Assembly (NCBI GenBank): GCA_965644295.1
Contig: CBFFRP010000165.1
Coordinates: 14,176-78,175 of the forward strand
Length of the DNA: 64,000 nt
Reading direction: 5' to 3'
From: Paraphysomonas bandaiensis
Lineage: Eukaryota; Protista; Chrysophyceae
This document shows, in pieces, positions 51,207 to 62,549 of this stretch (position 1 is the first letter of the stretch; the number at the start of each line of letters is the position of its first letter). Below the pieces are notes generated by a model that was given only the letters and a program-made list of their open reading frames with translations, did not search any database and was not told the origin of the DNA. The position numbers and the translations under genes were made by a program.

Positions 51207-51932
51207 TGAAGATCTTATAATGTGCAAATGGTGGTTTTTAATGGTTTACTTTGTAAGAGTTGATATTGTAGTTGTGTATAATTGGGGCATACAAGTTTGA
51301 AGTATTGTTGTGGTACCTTACCTATAACCGTAGTGAGTAATAAGGTTACTGCACTACCAATCGCGAATCTCTGCTTATTGGAGGAAGATAATTCCAGATG
51401 ATTCTACTTGAACGTCTACACAACTAACCTAAATCAATAGCATTTATCATTTATTACTACCGCTTAACGAACTAATTCATTTCTATTTAAGCGATTATGA
51501 TTTTACGAGTTGATAACATAGATTATATTGTACTACACTCTTGATGTATGTCGAATATAACAGAATGTAACAAGTACGTATTAAAGGAGATATTGAGCTT
51601 ATTAGATAGAACGGATTGAACTTGATAAAATAAATGAGAAACCGTAGCATGTACATGCACGGTTGAAAATGTTATATGCACTGTAGGCAGTAGGCCGATA
51701 TTGTATTCAGTCTACTATTATCAATGATTCTTGATACTTGATAACTTGATAATATATCAATTACCACACACAATGTCCAATTCCAACATCTTACTTAATT
51801 CTACTTTGGAAGAAATAATATTGTATGGCACTACTTAATGGCTTGATGGTATATAGTGAATACGTCAAGGTGTAAACACTGATATCGAAGAGTGCACAAC
51901 TCGAGTGATTTTAATTATAAACGAACTAGTCA

Positions 51933-54554
51933 TTAATCTACATTAAATTTTATCTTTTTTCCAGTACCTGCTACTAACTGACCAACTCCACTCCTTCGTG
52001 CGTGAGATCCTACTGCTGGCAGAGTGGCACCAGCGGCGGCAACACTCCTGGAAACTTTCTGTAGTGCGATGTAATATCTGTCCGGTTGTCGTCCACGCTT
52101 CCACAGTCTAAAAGCTCTATGAGTGTTACTAAGGTACATAGAATAAGGCAAACCTATCGAAATACGAGGATGCATCCTGCACATGTCCACACTCTGCCCC
52201 AGGCTTACCCTGGTAGAGAGTGTATCCTCCGATTTCTTCCTTAATAACTCTCTCCTCTCCACCTTCATCTTCATTCAGAGCGCGCAGAGGAACATCAGCA
52301 AGGCATTGAGCGTGGACCCTGCCGGAAAGTGTGCGCAGAATAAGTTTACCATACCTAGACACAATATTAATCTCCAAGCAAACACGACATAATCGTATAC
52401 CATAGGTTATCTGTCAAAATTGTCATCTTTCCACCAATAGAGAGAACTCGTTCAACTTTCCCAAAGAATTCCTGCCCGGTCGTCAAACCAAATCGATTAG
52501 TCAACAAAAACGTAGGTACATGCGCCGTACCGATGTTAGTATATGTTTTCCCTGTGTCTGATCACCTCCAAGCTGCTGAGGGGGCTCAGGGTAGTTTACA
52601 AACACGTTCTGAAGGGATTCTTCTGCCACATACATCGGAAGAATCTCTCCTGCGTCCCCGCAGAAGACAGCCAAGTTAGACGCCCCTTCGAATACTGCAC
52701 GCGTGAGAGTCTGATAGACACTGTACAAAATGACACAAAATTTACATTTGCCCCAAATGCACCATACCGGTCATGACGTATTTCAAGAGTAATCCAGTTA
52801 GCAGTATCGATTTCACATAGCGCCTGCACTAAGATTATTAAGTAAAGAATTCGATACCACACTCTACCTGTTTTACTGCCCACTCCCCGGCACCCGAGCA
52901 AATTTCCAGTTTGACAGGTCTCTGTGTCTCCTCTTCATGCAATTCCTTGTTACTAGAAGCAAAGAGATTCGTAAAGTTCATGACACCCGTATCGGTGAAA
53001 ACGGAATCGAGGTGTGCACGCATATTGTCCAGAGCATCAGCGACGGAAGTGGGTATCGTCACAGTTCTCTTGGAAGGCACTATTGTGCCTGGAATGGGCT
53101 TGGACTTTGCTTTAGATTTACCTTTACCCTTTTTCTTTAACTTTCCAGAAGGAGTTTCGTCTCCATCCGGTTTCGAGTTTGCAGTGTCGCCTGCAGATCT
53201 CTCTATTATATAGTCAACGGTAGTCCCCCCAGAGCCACAGCCAGTAGACTTGCGCAGCACTTCAACCAGACCAAATTTATGAACAAGGGCGCTCAAAATT
53301 GCATCCACTATTGCAATTTTTTCTGCTGTGGTAGACATCAACATATTGTCCCATTATCACGCTAGAGCAATAAACTCACCAGCAGGTCTTGATACAAGTG
53401 ATGATGCACTGTTTTCCTCTGAGTTCAAAAACGGAAAGGAAAAAAGACGGCAATAGAAGTCTACTAAAACCTGCGCATTAGATGGAGCACCAGATGCATA
53501 CTTCGATATCACAGAGATCTCTTGTCTCAGTTCTGCCCGCCGGTGCTCCCGGTATACCTAATCAACAGACGAGCGTAACACTATTTCACGACTCATTTAT
53601 GTAGCTATGTCATCATTTTTCTGTGACCACACTTACTTCTAAGGATTGCGCACGAGCATCATCATCTTCACCGGCTTTCCAGGCCCGCTTTCCCCCCACT
53701 GCTTCCTTGGTCGAGATTCCCATGTGCCCATCCTCATCTTCACTTTCTGACCCGCTCTGTTCACCATCTGCGCCAATCTCCACAGCCATCTGTATTTCCT
53801 CATCAGTATTCAAGCTTTCACCCGCCAATTTTAGCGATTTGCGACAATTTTTACCATCCCCAATTAGAGCAAAGGCTCGAGAGAGATTTACGTACATTGC
53901 ACCTACTCCACTACTAAGGGATTTATCCCCTCTCAGTCTACCGACAATGGGGAGTGCTCGGTCCAGTAACATCCCTTGGCAGAGAAGTGTTACCACATAC
54001 TCCCAAGTGCTAATATCCGGTGCCACTTGAAATTCGTGTTGCATGCGATGGAGCATCGCCTCACCCTCAGCAACTGACCCAGAATAAACACAACCACGTA
54101 GGAAAGTATTAATCGTCCGTATATTAGGAAGCACCTTAGGGTTACTCTTGCTCATATCATCAATAATCTTCTGGCAACAATCCATCCGACCAATCGAACC
54201 AAATCCTTTCATCATAGTCGTACAAGACACCACATCTAATCGTATTCCTTTCGTGTTTTTCATTGAGTTATATATGTGCTGAGCTCCACTTATATCTCCG
54301 CATCTTACATGTGCATTAATAGCCGCAGAGTATGTATGAGTATTCGCCCATCCATTTGAAACAGCTAATTGAAAGCCTTCTTTAGCTCGAATAAGCTCCT
54401 TTTGTTTAGCATATCTGGCGATGTCTTTATTGAGAGCCACTGCTTTGGTTCGATCGATGCGGGCTGTGAAACTATCTGATGATGGGGTTGGTTTGGAACG
54501 TTTATTAGGTTGAAATGATTGAATGGGTTCGTGATGTTGTTTACGAGTGGTCAT
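51933..54554 (-). CDS. PPR-repeat + tRNA (guanine-N7)-methyltransferase (TrmB-like) fusion, PPR-TGM type (multi-exon)
   Basis: PPR units NTHTYSAAINAHVRCGD, DVVSCTTMMKGFGSIG, PNIRTINTFLRGCVYSG, PDISTWEYVVTLLC. TrmB motifs LEICSGAGEW, LEIRHDR, VFVNYPEPP, TILTDN. Confidence 0.8.
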
Positions 54555-55061
54555 TGTTGGTATATAGAGGAGTGGTGTGGCTATGGGATGGTGTGGAGAT
54601 GTCTATCAGCTCAATCGTATCATGGACTGCACTGGGCACAGACATCCATACACACCTTCATATACACTACACTGCTGTACTGGTGGATGCTGTACTGCTG
54701 CTGTATATAGAGGCTGGTGTATAACCAGGTGTACCAATCATGTCCTCAATATACCATACAACATACGACTGTACTCCGCCACTACTACACCACGTAGTAT
54801 CAGCACACCGTATATCGTGGTAGGGAAATCCCCAACAAGCAAATGGGTCTCCTTCTGCTGATGATGATGTCGTAGATCTCCTATACTGGACGTACACCGG
54901 TAGATATGTACCAGTGTGTAGTAGTGTACGATGGGAATAGTATGTATGTATATACGGCTGTATGTACTGAGATCTCCTGTGCATAGATTCATATACAGTC
55001 AGATTACTCTCACCATCGCCTCTATCTTCACCCTGCAGAGCATGTAACACCCTACTAAACA

Positions 55062-56371
55062 ATGAAGAAATCCCTGTCATTACCAGACAATCTCTGGCCT
55101 ACAAAGATCTCCAAATCACCATCTAGTAAGCCGAAATCCATACCTCCCAAACCACTCAAACACTCGCATTCATCTGTCCTGGTAGCCCCCTTATCACCCA
55201 TATCTTACCCTCCTATAACAGTGCTATCAGAAACGATGCTGCAGTTGGAACGGTGAAGGTGATGCGTTGTCTACAGGAGACGCTGTCAAGCCTCATACAC
55301 TAGACGGGAAGGCTAAAGCCACTCTGTTCGGGAATATGGTAAGATGAACTGAGCATTGAAATGAAGTTTCAACTGTTCTTTAGGCGCATATATTTGGGGC
55401 GAAGCAGAAGGAAATGACAGATATTCAGAATAAATTTCTCCATAAGGTTCGAAAGATACTTTCGTGTGAGAGGGCATCCTTGATATTCAAGAATGGGTCG
55501 GATCTTATTCTCTGCATTGACGGCATGTGGTACAGAGTATCAGCAAATGTTGGGCTCGCGGGATATTGCGCTAGTCGAGGAGAGGTTGTTAATGTTAAAG
55601 ATGCCTACCTGGACCACCGTTTTAACCCGTAAGTCTTACCTGCTGGTAACAGGCAATATCTCACTGCGGCTCACACACAGGGACGTGGACGCAAAGACAG
55701 GGTACCGCACCCGTAGTGTGCTATGTTATCCGCTATTGGACAATCGTGGGGGTGGTGTAATGGGCGTAGTGCAGGCCATTAACAATACCAAACAAGATTT
55801 TTTTGATGAGCATGATGAATTGGTGATCTGCCGTTATGTGAGCAATGTTCTGCCTGAGCTTCAAAGTGTGTACGAGAGTCTGCAGGATATCAACAGCCGG
55901 TTGGCCGAAGTTGCATCTCCCATCCTTCCCGGAGATATCGTTCCTCGGTGCCTGCGTAGTGCTGCTGGGGACAGCGGGGTCATGGCGTCTACTGCGACTA
56001 GTCGGCAGCGCACTAGACATCCACGTAGTGACCGGGTCGCTCTTCCCCTCTCTTCGCCTGGTGCCACCTTAACACCTGAGGGGAGGTTGACAGCATGGGC
56101 AAAGCGGAAGACTTATGGTAATGGGTCAGGCCAGGTTTCGATCGATGAATTAAGTCCTAATGCACTGGGTTTCGACGATGTCCGCAAACAGTTCCAGCTT
56201 CCCATCGACGGCACCGATCTGGATCCCCACCAACACAAGGTAATGCAATTCTACAGCTCGCGCAGTCCGACTTCAGTTGGTGCTGCAAGACTCAGTCGCG
56301 ATTTTGATGATGAACCATACTGTGTGAGTTTATCTTTGCCATCGATTCGTCCTCAAAGCAGAGCGAAGTAG
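55062..56371 (+). CDS. Stand-alone GAF-domain protein, phosphodiesterase-type GAF (multi-exon)
   Basis: LSCERASL...GLAGYCASRGEVVNVKDAYLDHRFNP|DVDAKTGYRTRSVLCYPL...GVVQAINN...FDEHDE. Confidence 0.8.
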
Positions 56372-56771
56372 TACTGGACGTCACTAATCTCTATTTGTCA
56401 GATTTGCATTCACTCTGTGGTTGTGATTGTGGTCAGATGATATTACTCGATCAGAGTACAGTAGGAAGTTAACATAACCAGTTGTAGGTAGACCAGAATA
56501 ATGACGAATAGTATCGAGACTTCCTTGTCTTCGCGGTAATTCTCGCAAATCGTGGGTTCACTCATGTGTGGGAAGACCTCGTAGATTGAAGGATAGTCAC
56601 TAAAATTCATCGTGAGATGATTATATGGGTTCGTGTATCATGGCCATATGGTGCTGAAAAAGAATCCTATGAGATGTAGTGAATGAAATATCCGAGTTTG
56701 ACATTTCTAAGATGGTTTAACTTCAGTAACTGAACTGTCATTGCACTCAATAAAATTATAATGAGATATTA

Positions 56772-56888
56772 TATTATTCAACCTAGTTAAATTGGTTGGA
56801 TTTCCTAGTCATACTATTTTCGGTGTAAACACCTAGTCAAAGCAATAACTGACTCAACCTAGCCAATTATAGTATTAAACCTAGTCAT
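56772..56888 (+). repeat. Dispersed repeat family A, copy 4, just upstream of the retroelement
   Basis: TATTATTCAACCTAG followed by several CCTAG(T/C)CA boxes. Confidence 0.6.
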
Positions 56889-57425
56889 GAGTTGTACTCG
56901 CATATAGTATTAGAATTTAGCTTCATACAAGACAGTATCTGTGTAGCAATCTTGGGTGTAGTGGAAATGGTGGGTTATAAGGTTGTTGTGATATGAGAGC
57001 CAAGGTGAAGTAGTATAAGAATAACATGAGATAAAAGGTAGAAGATGGTTAAGACAAGGTCACGAGATATGAGTATTAAGGCCAGATACAGGGTTGGAGT
57101 GTACCGGGACTATCCGTATATACGGACGTAACGGACGTTTATTGTAGCCCGTACAGTATTATGGTAGTATGAGTAGCATGTAGACGTTATAGGAGACAGT
57201 ATGGAGTAGATAGTAAGATGATAAGAGATTACTGTAGGGATATTTCTGGAAGTGGAAACTAGCTATTTATGGCTAAAAACCCATTTCTAGAACCGCTATG
57301 GAAAAATAGGCTAAGTTATACGAGTTTTTAGATAGGGCAGAATTATAAGATAAAAGGATATAATCAGCACAGTTAAGTGTTAGTGAAATTAAGCGCTATC
57401 TATCTACCTACTATCCAGTGCACGC

Positions 57426-59582
57426 ATGGATAAAGAGGATATGTCTACTGATACCCATATGGATGACACTCAATCATCCGACATCGCCACACTTGGTGGA
57501 CAACGTGGGCTGGGTAACGTGGTTGAGGGTGGCCAACTCAGCCATGATCCACCCAGCACACTATTGTTGGCACGGTCCCAGATTGAGATACCATCCGATG
57601 AGAGGGACATCAATCTTTACTATGGGGAGGAGAAGGAGCCAGAGTCCAAGGAGGAGCCTCGAATCCAAGTGCAGGAGGACCGATGGGGCCACGAAGAGAC
57701 TGAAAAGTTATACAGCTGGCCTTGGAGGACAAAGGAACAGGGGGAAGAGAGGCGTGGACCGAGGCTGATGAGCAAGGACTTGGATATGGGGGGAGATAGT
57801 AGTGGCGAAGATGATGAAAGCTCAGGAAGGAGCGCAGTGATAAGGAGAATCGAACATGATAAAGAGGGCGGTAGAGGACCGGTGGAGTACTCTAGGCACC
57901 AGATGAAAGAGGCAGAGAGAAAGATGGGTAAAGTGAAAGACCCGCTAAGAGGTCAGGGTCAAAGATATATGGATAAAGGGGAAGAAGACCTGATGAAGTT
58001 CATAAGCAGCAAGGAGACTGTTGTGGAAGATGAAGGAGAGATTGAAGATGAAATGATGGTACCGAATTGGGTGATGGAGCAGCAGGAAAAGGCGACGAAG
58101 GAGGAAGTGGACCGATATGAAATGTGGGCGATAATGAAGGGAAAGCACCAGTGGGTGAAGACACTGCCAGAGAACAAGCGATGTAGAGATTGCGGTGTAA
58201 TGATGAAGAGGGGTGCAGTGCCATTTTACATGAGGAGCTGCCCGAAGTGCTACTATAAGGAGAAGAAGATGGTGGAAGCAGAGCAGAGGAAGATTGTGGA
58301 AATGGAGCCGAGAAGAGTGATGGACGGAGAGCAGAGGAAAGCTGTGAAGTATCAAACTATGATGTGGGAGCCGTGGAGCATGAGGACGAGAGAACTCATG
58401 AGGAAAGCGGACTTAGAGCACCTGATGGGGCTTGGTGAAGTGAGGAGGGTAAAGAAGCAGGTGGAGAGAGTAAGCGGAAGGATGCTGGAAGAGGCAGAAG
58501 ATATAAATGAGATCAAAGAGCTGCAAGATGGGAATGCTATAGGAAGACTAATGATAAGAGAATTAGAAAGAGGATTGAGTAATGGAGGTCTTACGAACAT
58601 GCAAAGGAGAGCCTGTGAGTATTGGATGAGGAACACAAGAGGCTTAGAGGTGGAGTATGAGAAAGCGCGAAAGAGGCTAGGGCAGTTGGTGATAATGAAC
58701 AGGATAGGAGAGAGAAAACAACAAGTTGAGGACATGATGGAAGCGCTCTCAGCAGCCATGAAGGAACTGAAGGAGAGGACAGAGGGTTGGATGCAACTCG
58801 GAATAGAGGAGCAAGGAGAGGAGAAATATGAGCCGAGGAGGTCAGAGTATGGTACAGTGGTTGAGAGTTATGAACCTATGAGAAAGAGCACTAGGGAAGA
58901 GAGATACGAGGAGAAGACACCAGTGAGAGATATGGATAGGAGTGGATTCGATGATGGAAGGATGAGTGCATCATACGGCAGTAAGGGGTTCAGTGGTGCC
59001 AATATGATATCAGCGATGCGGAATATGCCCTTGGAGGAGATCAAGGCTTGCGGATACAAGGAGTTCTGCAGATGGTGTTGCACAGCAGGACAAGAATATC
59101 GGAAGATGCTGGATAAAGAGTTAGAGGAGAAATGTCAGAGTTTCCTACGTTCGAGGAATGTGGCACAGCATGTATTTGACCTGCTAAAAAAGATACCAAT
59201 ACCAAGGTGGTTGAGGGTAGAGAAGGAGAGGAGGCTAGGATTTGAACCAGTGGATTTCGACACCCTAGGACAAACCACGGGCATAGGAAGGAGAGTCGAC
59301 TGTGTGCAATTCTTCAATACCCTGTATGCAGCAGCTCACACAGCAAACCTGTCTCCTATGAAGGTATTATCCGAGATCCAAGGGGGATCTGTGTTTAAGG
59401 GAGAGCTGGCGGATGAGATGAGTAAAAGGAGAGCCACAGGAGATTTCGAAACAGAGATCGAGAAGAACCGGGGAAGTGAAGAGACACTAGAGACAGATGT
59501 GGTAGCATGGGGACTAGCATTATACCAGTTCTCAATCCTGTTCACAGAGGCCTTTGGAGTCAGATGGATCCCGCTATTCTAG
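57426..59582 (+). CDS. Retroelement ORF1 / gag N-terminal part (C4 zinc motif, coiled coil)
   Basis: 718-aa E/K/R/M-rich ORF with CRDC-x15-CPKC, overlapping the pol-containing ORF. Confidence 0.65.
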   Translation: MDKEDMSTDTHMDDTQSSDIATLGGQRGLGNVVEGGQLSHDPPSTLLLARSQIEIPSDERDINLYYGEEKEPESKEEPRIQVQEDRWGHEETEKLYSWPWRTKEQGEERRGPRLMSKDLDMGGDSSGEDDESSGRSAVIRRIEHDKEGGRGPVEYSRHQMKEAERKMGKVKDPLRGQGQRYMDKGEEDLMKFISSKETVVEDEGEIEDEMMVPNWVMEQQEKATKEEVDRYEMWAIMKGKHQWVKTLPENKRCRDCGVMMKRGAVPFYMRSCPKCYYKEKKMVEAEQRKIVEMEPRRVMDGEQRKAVKYQTMMWEPWSMRTRELMRKADLEHLMGLGEVRRVKKQVERVSGRMLEEAEDINEIKELQDGNAIGRLMIRELERGLSNGGLTNMQRRACEYWMRNTRGLEVEYEKARKRLGQLVIMNRIGERKQQVEDMMEALSAAMKELKERTEGWMQLGIEEQGEEKYEPRRSEYGTVVESYEPMRKSTREERYEEKTPVRDMDRSGFDDGRMSASYGSKGFSGANMISAMRNMPLEEIKACGYKEFCRWCCTAGQEYRKMLDKELEEKCQSFLRSRNVAQHVFDLLKKIPIPRWLRVEKERRLGFEPVDFDTLGQTTGIGRRVDCVQFFNTLYAAAHTANLSPMKVLSEIQGGSVFKGELADEMSKRRATGDFETEIEKNRGSEETLETDVVAWGLALYQFSILFTEAFGVRWIPLF

Positions 59583-62400
59583 TAATGGAGGTGGATAGAT
59601 TCCAGCTATCGGATGAGTCCCCACAAGCATTCGAGAGATCGCTGATGGAATTGAGGTACCTAATAGCTCAGGCGGGAGTGACTGAATTAGAAAGGGAGTT
59701 ATACCAGAAGTTCAAGGTGAAGACCATGGATATGCCTCGGATAGGTAGGAAAGTGGCTGAAGAAGTGGAGAGGACAATACATGTGAAGCAGTGCATGGGC
59801 GTAAGGAACGTGCAGTATGAGCGAAACTTCCTGATATCGACGGTGGCACAGATAATTCCGAAACTGGCAGATCAAGAAAACCTCAATAGTAAGGGTAAGA
59901 GAGTGGTGAAAGCACATGGAATGTACACTGGAGGGACGGAAGATGATAAGGGTGAATCTTCACCAGCGAAGATAGAGAGGAGTGGCAAGTGGAGGTTTAC
60001 AAAGTGCGATACATGCGGGTTTAAACACTATGTGGACCGATTCTGCTCATATAGAGACGATAGAAAGAAAGAGGACGGAACATATTTGAATTACCCCGAG
60101 TTCAACGGATACAAGCCAGGAAAGTTTGTTAAGATTGAGACGCGAGCTATGAGAAGGGTGATGGAAGATATGGAACAGAACAGCAGTGCGTGGAGAGACC
60201 TGAGTAAGGAAGCAAAGAATAGGTTTCTCCGAGCAGTAGCAGATGCAAAGGAGGAGGAAGGCCGGGACATGAGAAGGACTATTCACCATGTAAGGGTAGT
60301 GGACGAGGCACCGGAAAATCTAGGAGTGACGGATCGAGGAGGAGAAGAGTCTAAGGAATCTCAGCAGGAACCCAGAGTGGTGAGTGTGGCTCACATGATG
60401 ACGTCACCGGCACAAGATAGGCGATCAGGAACGGATACTTTGACTTGGTGGTGTGGAGAGGCACAGGTTAACGGAGTGACTATACCCATGGCTATTCATG
60501 TAGATGGAGGGTCCGATGGGGCATTTATGCACGAGGGATTAGCGGAAATGATGGGATTAGAGATGCATGAATATCCAAGGGAACAACAATACTTAGTTGT
60601 GGGAGCGACGGGACCAGGAGGATGTACGGAGAGAGTATCGAAGTATGTGCATCTGTGTATGCGGATAGATGGAGTGGAATATTACGGCGAACTGATGGGG
60701 GAGTTGAAGACGGGACGTCCAATACAGAGTACATGGGAGAGGAGATTCGATCTGATTCCGAATATGACAGCGTCATGCTTATGGGGTGGAGCGGAAGCCA
60801 AAGAATTGAAAGATTATAGGTCGTTCGTGGTTAGGACACCTGAAGGGACACCAGTGATAATGAAAGGGAGATCATACGCTGAAACGGTGGCATGGATGGC
60901 TAGAACGAGACACCCAGTGGCGGAGCATCCAGTGTATAGATACATGCATGAGATCCGGCGAGCAAATACTGTCAGGAAGACTGGACCAGCATACCTCGAG
61001 CGAGTGACATTGGAACCGAATCAAGCCAGGATGGTGAAGGTACAGGGCTATGAATTACCAGATATTGCGACCACGAGAGTGGAGGTGACCAAAGCTCAAA
61101 TTCCTAAGGAGAGGATTGGAGATAGAGAAATGCAGTTGGTTGAAGTAGCACCAGTGTCAGCTTGCACAGGAACACCGGAAGTGATGGTGGCGAATTGGTC
61201 GAATCACCGAGTGACAGTGGGTCGGAAAGCTGTCCAAGTTAGAGTGATACCGGAGTATAGGATGCCGCAATTCTGGGAGACAACATCAGCCTCTCAAGAA
61301 TATTGGAAGGAAAGGGAACATATGGCGGTTAAGAAGATTCACAGTGTACAATCGGTAAAGGAGAGCAAAGAGGATAAGGAGGACATACGTGCGATAGTGC
61401 AGGAAGATTTCCCAGTTGGATGGCGACGTATATGGAATTGGATGAGTCCAGAGGATCAGAAGCACTATTTGAAAATACGGAAGGAGTACCCCACAGTGCA
61501 GAGACGACAAAAAGCCGTATCAGAATTGATCGACCTCTTAGACATATACCATGATTATACAGTGGTGTCGTCCCCATGGGAGAAAGATGAAGGACCTGGT
61601 CAGGTCTTGGATTGGGGGGAAGAGGAAGAGATAGAAGAAAGTGAAACGGAGGAAGAGACGCAAGAGGAAGGAGATCTATATGAGAAGATGAAGAGGAAGG
61701 AGAAAGAAGAGCGGAAGAAAATGAGGAAAGAACGAAAGCAAGCGTGCTTGAAAGATGGAGAACCGACGCAATTCGCATTTATGTTGGCCAGGTGTATAGC
61801 GTATATGAACGCCATTATCCACCCTGACCCGGATAACCCGAGGATGTTGAAAGATTACGAGACATCGATCGAAACTTTGGATGAGAAACCAATAATTGCG
61901 AAGCCAAGGAGGTACTCAGAGATACAGAGGGCATTCATGAAAGCCAAGGCGAGAATAGGAAAGCGTGAGGGGAAGGTCGAAGATGCCAAACCAGGAGGAT
62001 GGGCATCAGCCTTAGTATTGGTACCGTACCATGACAGGATTGAGAAGTTCATGAAGAAATGGGGCGAGCATGCATTGGAGGCTATGTGGGATCCAAGGAA
62101 TGAAGAGGAAGTAGCTACATTCTACAGACAGACGATCGATTGTAGGGAATTAAACGAAAAGACGAAGCCCGACGTGTTTCCATTGCCCCGAATTGATGAT
62201 CTACTGGATCAGATAAAGATGGGGACTAAACACTTTTCGACTGGAGATATTAAAGATGCGTTCTGGGTTGTGAATTTAGCGGAACACTGTAGACACAAGT
62301 TTGCGTATAGAACACATGATGAGTATCTACAACCGACTAGAATGGTTCAAGGTGGAAGGAATAGCGGAAACGACTGGGCCAGAATAGTTAAGATTACTTT
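57426..62400 (+). mobile_element. Ty3/Gypsy-like LTR retrotransposon, gag-PR-RT portion, truncated inside RT; LTR limits not resolved
   Basis: Intronless, strongly purine-rich strand; Zn knuckle, protease and RT motifs in gypsy order (PR then RT). Confidence 0.8.
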
Positions 62401-62428
62401 AAGTCGAGGTAATACCAAAACCTGGTAA
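59507..62428 (+). pseudogene. gag C-terminus + aspartic protease + dUTPase-like segment + N-terminal half of reverse transcriptase (no YxDD, RNase H or integrase)
   Basis: CDTCGFKH-x5-C; IHVDGGSDGAFM; WASALVLVP; IDCRELNEKTKPDVFPLPRIDDLL; FSTGDIKDAFW; RMVQGGRNS; frame ends at 62428. Confidence 0.8.
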
Positions 62429-62549
62429 AGCGATTTCACCAGGTTTCATATCTAAGTATTGAGTTATTATTTTACTGTAATTTGTATCTAAGAGGTTAAA
62501 GATAAAGAAAAAGTTGCAATTATAGTTGTTATTAGCAATATTTATTGCG

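Noticed and set aside
56900-57425. 5' LTR and primer-binding site of the retroelement
   Set aside because: No second LTR in the window and no convincing tRNA-complementary PBS, so boundaries cannot be supported.
1297-62052. Numerous short antisense or overlapping ORFs within the called genes
   Set aside because: Shadow frames of real coding sequence with no independent motifs.
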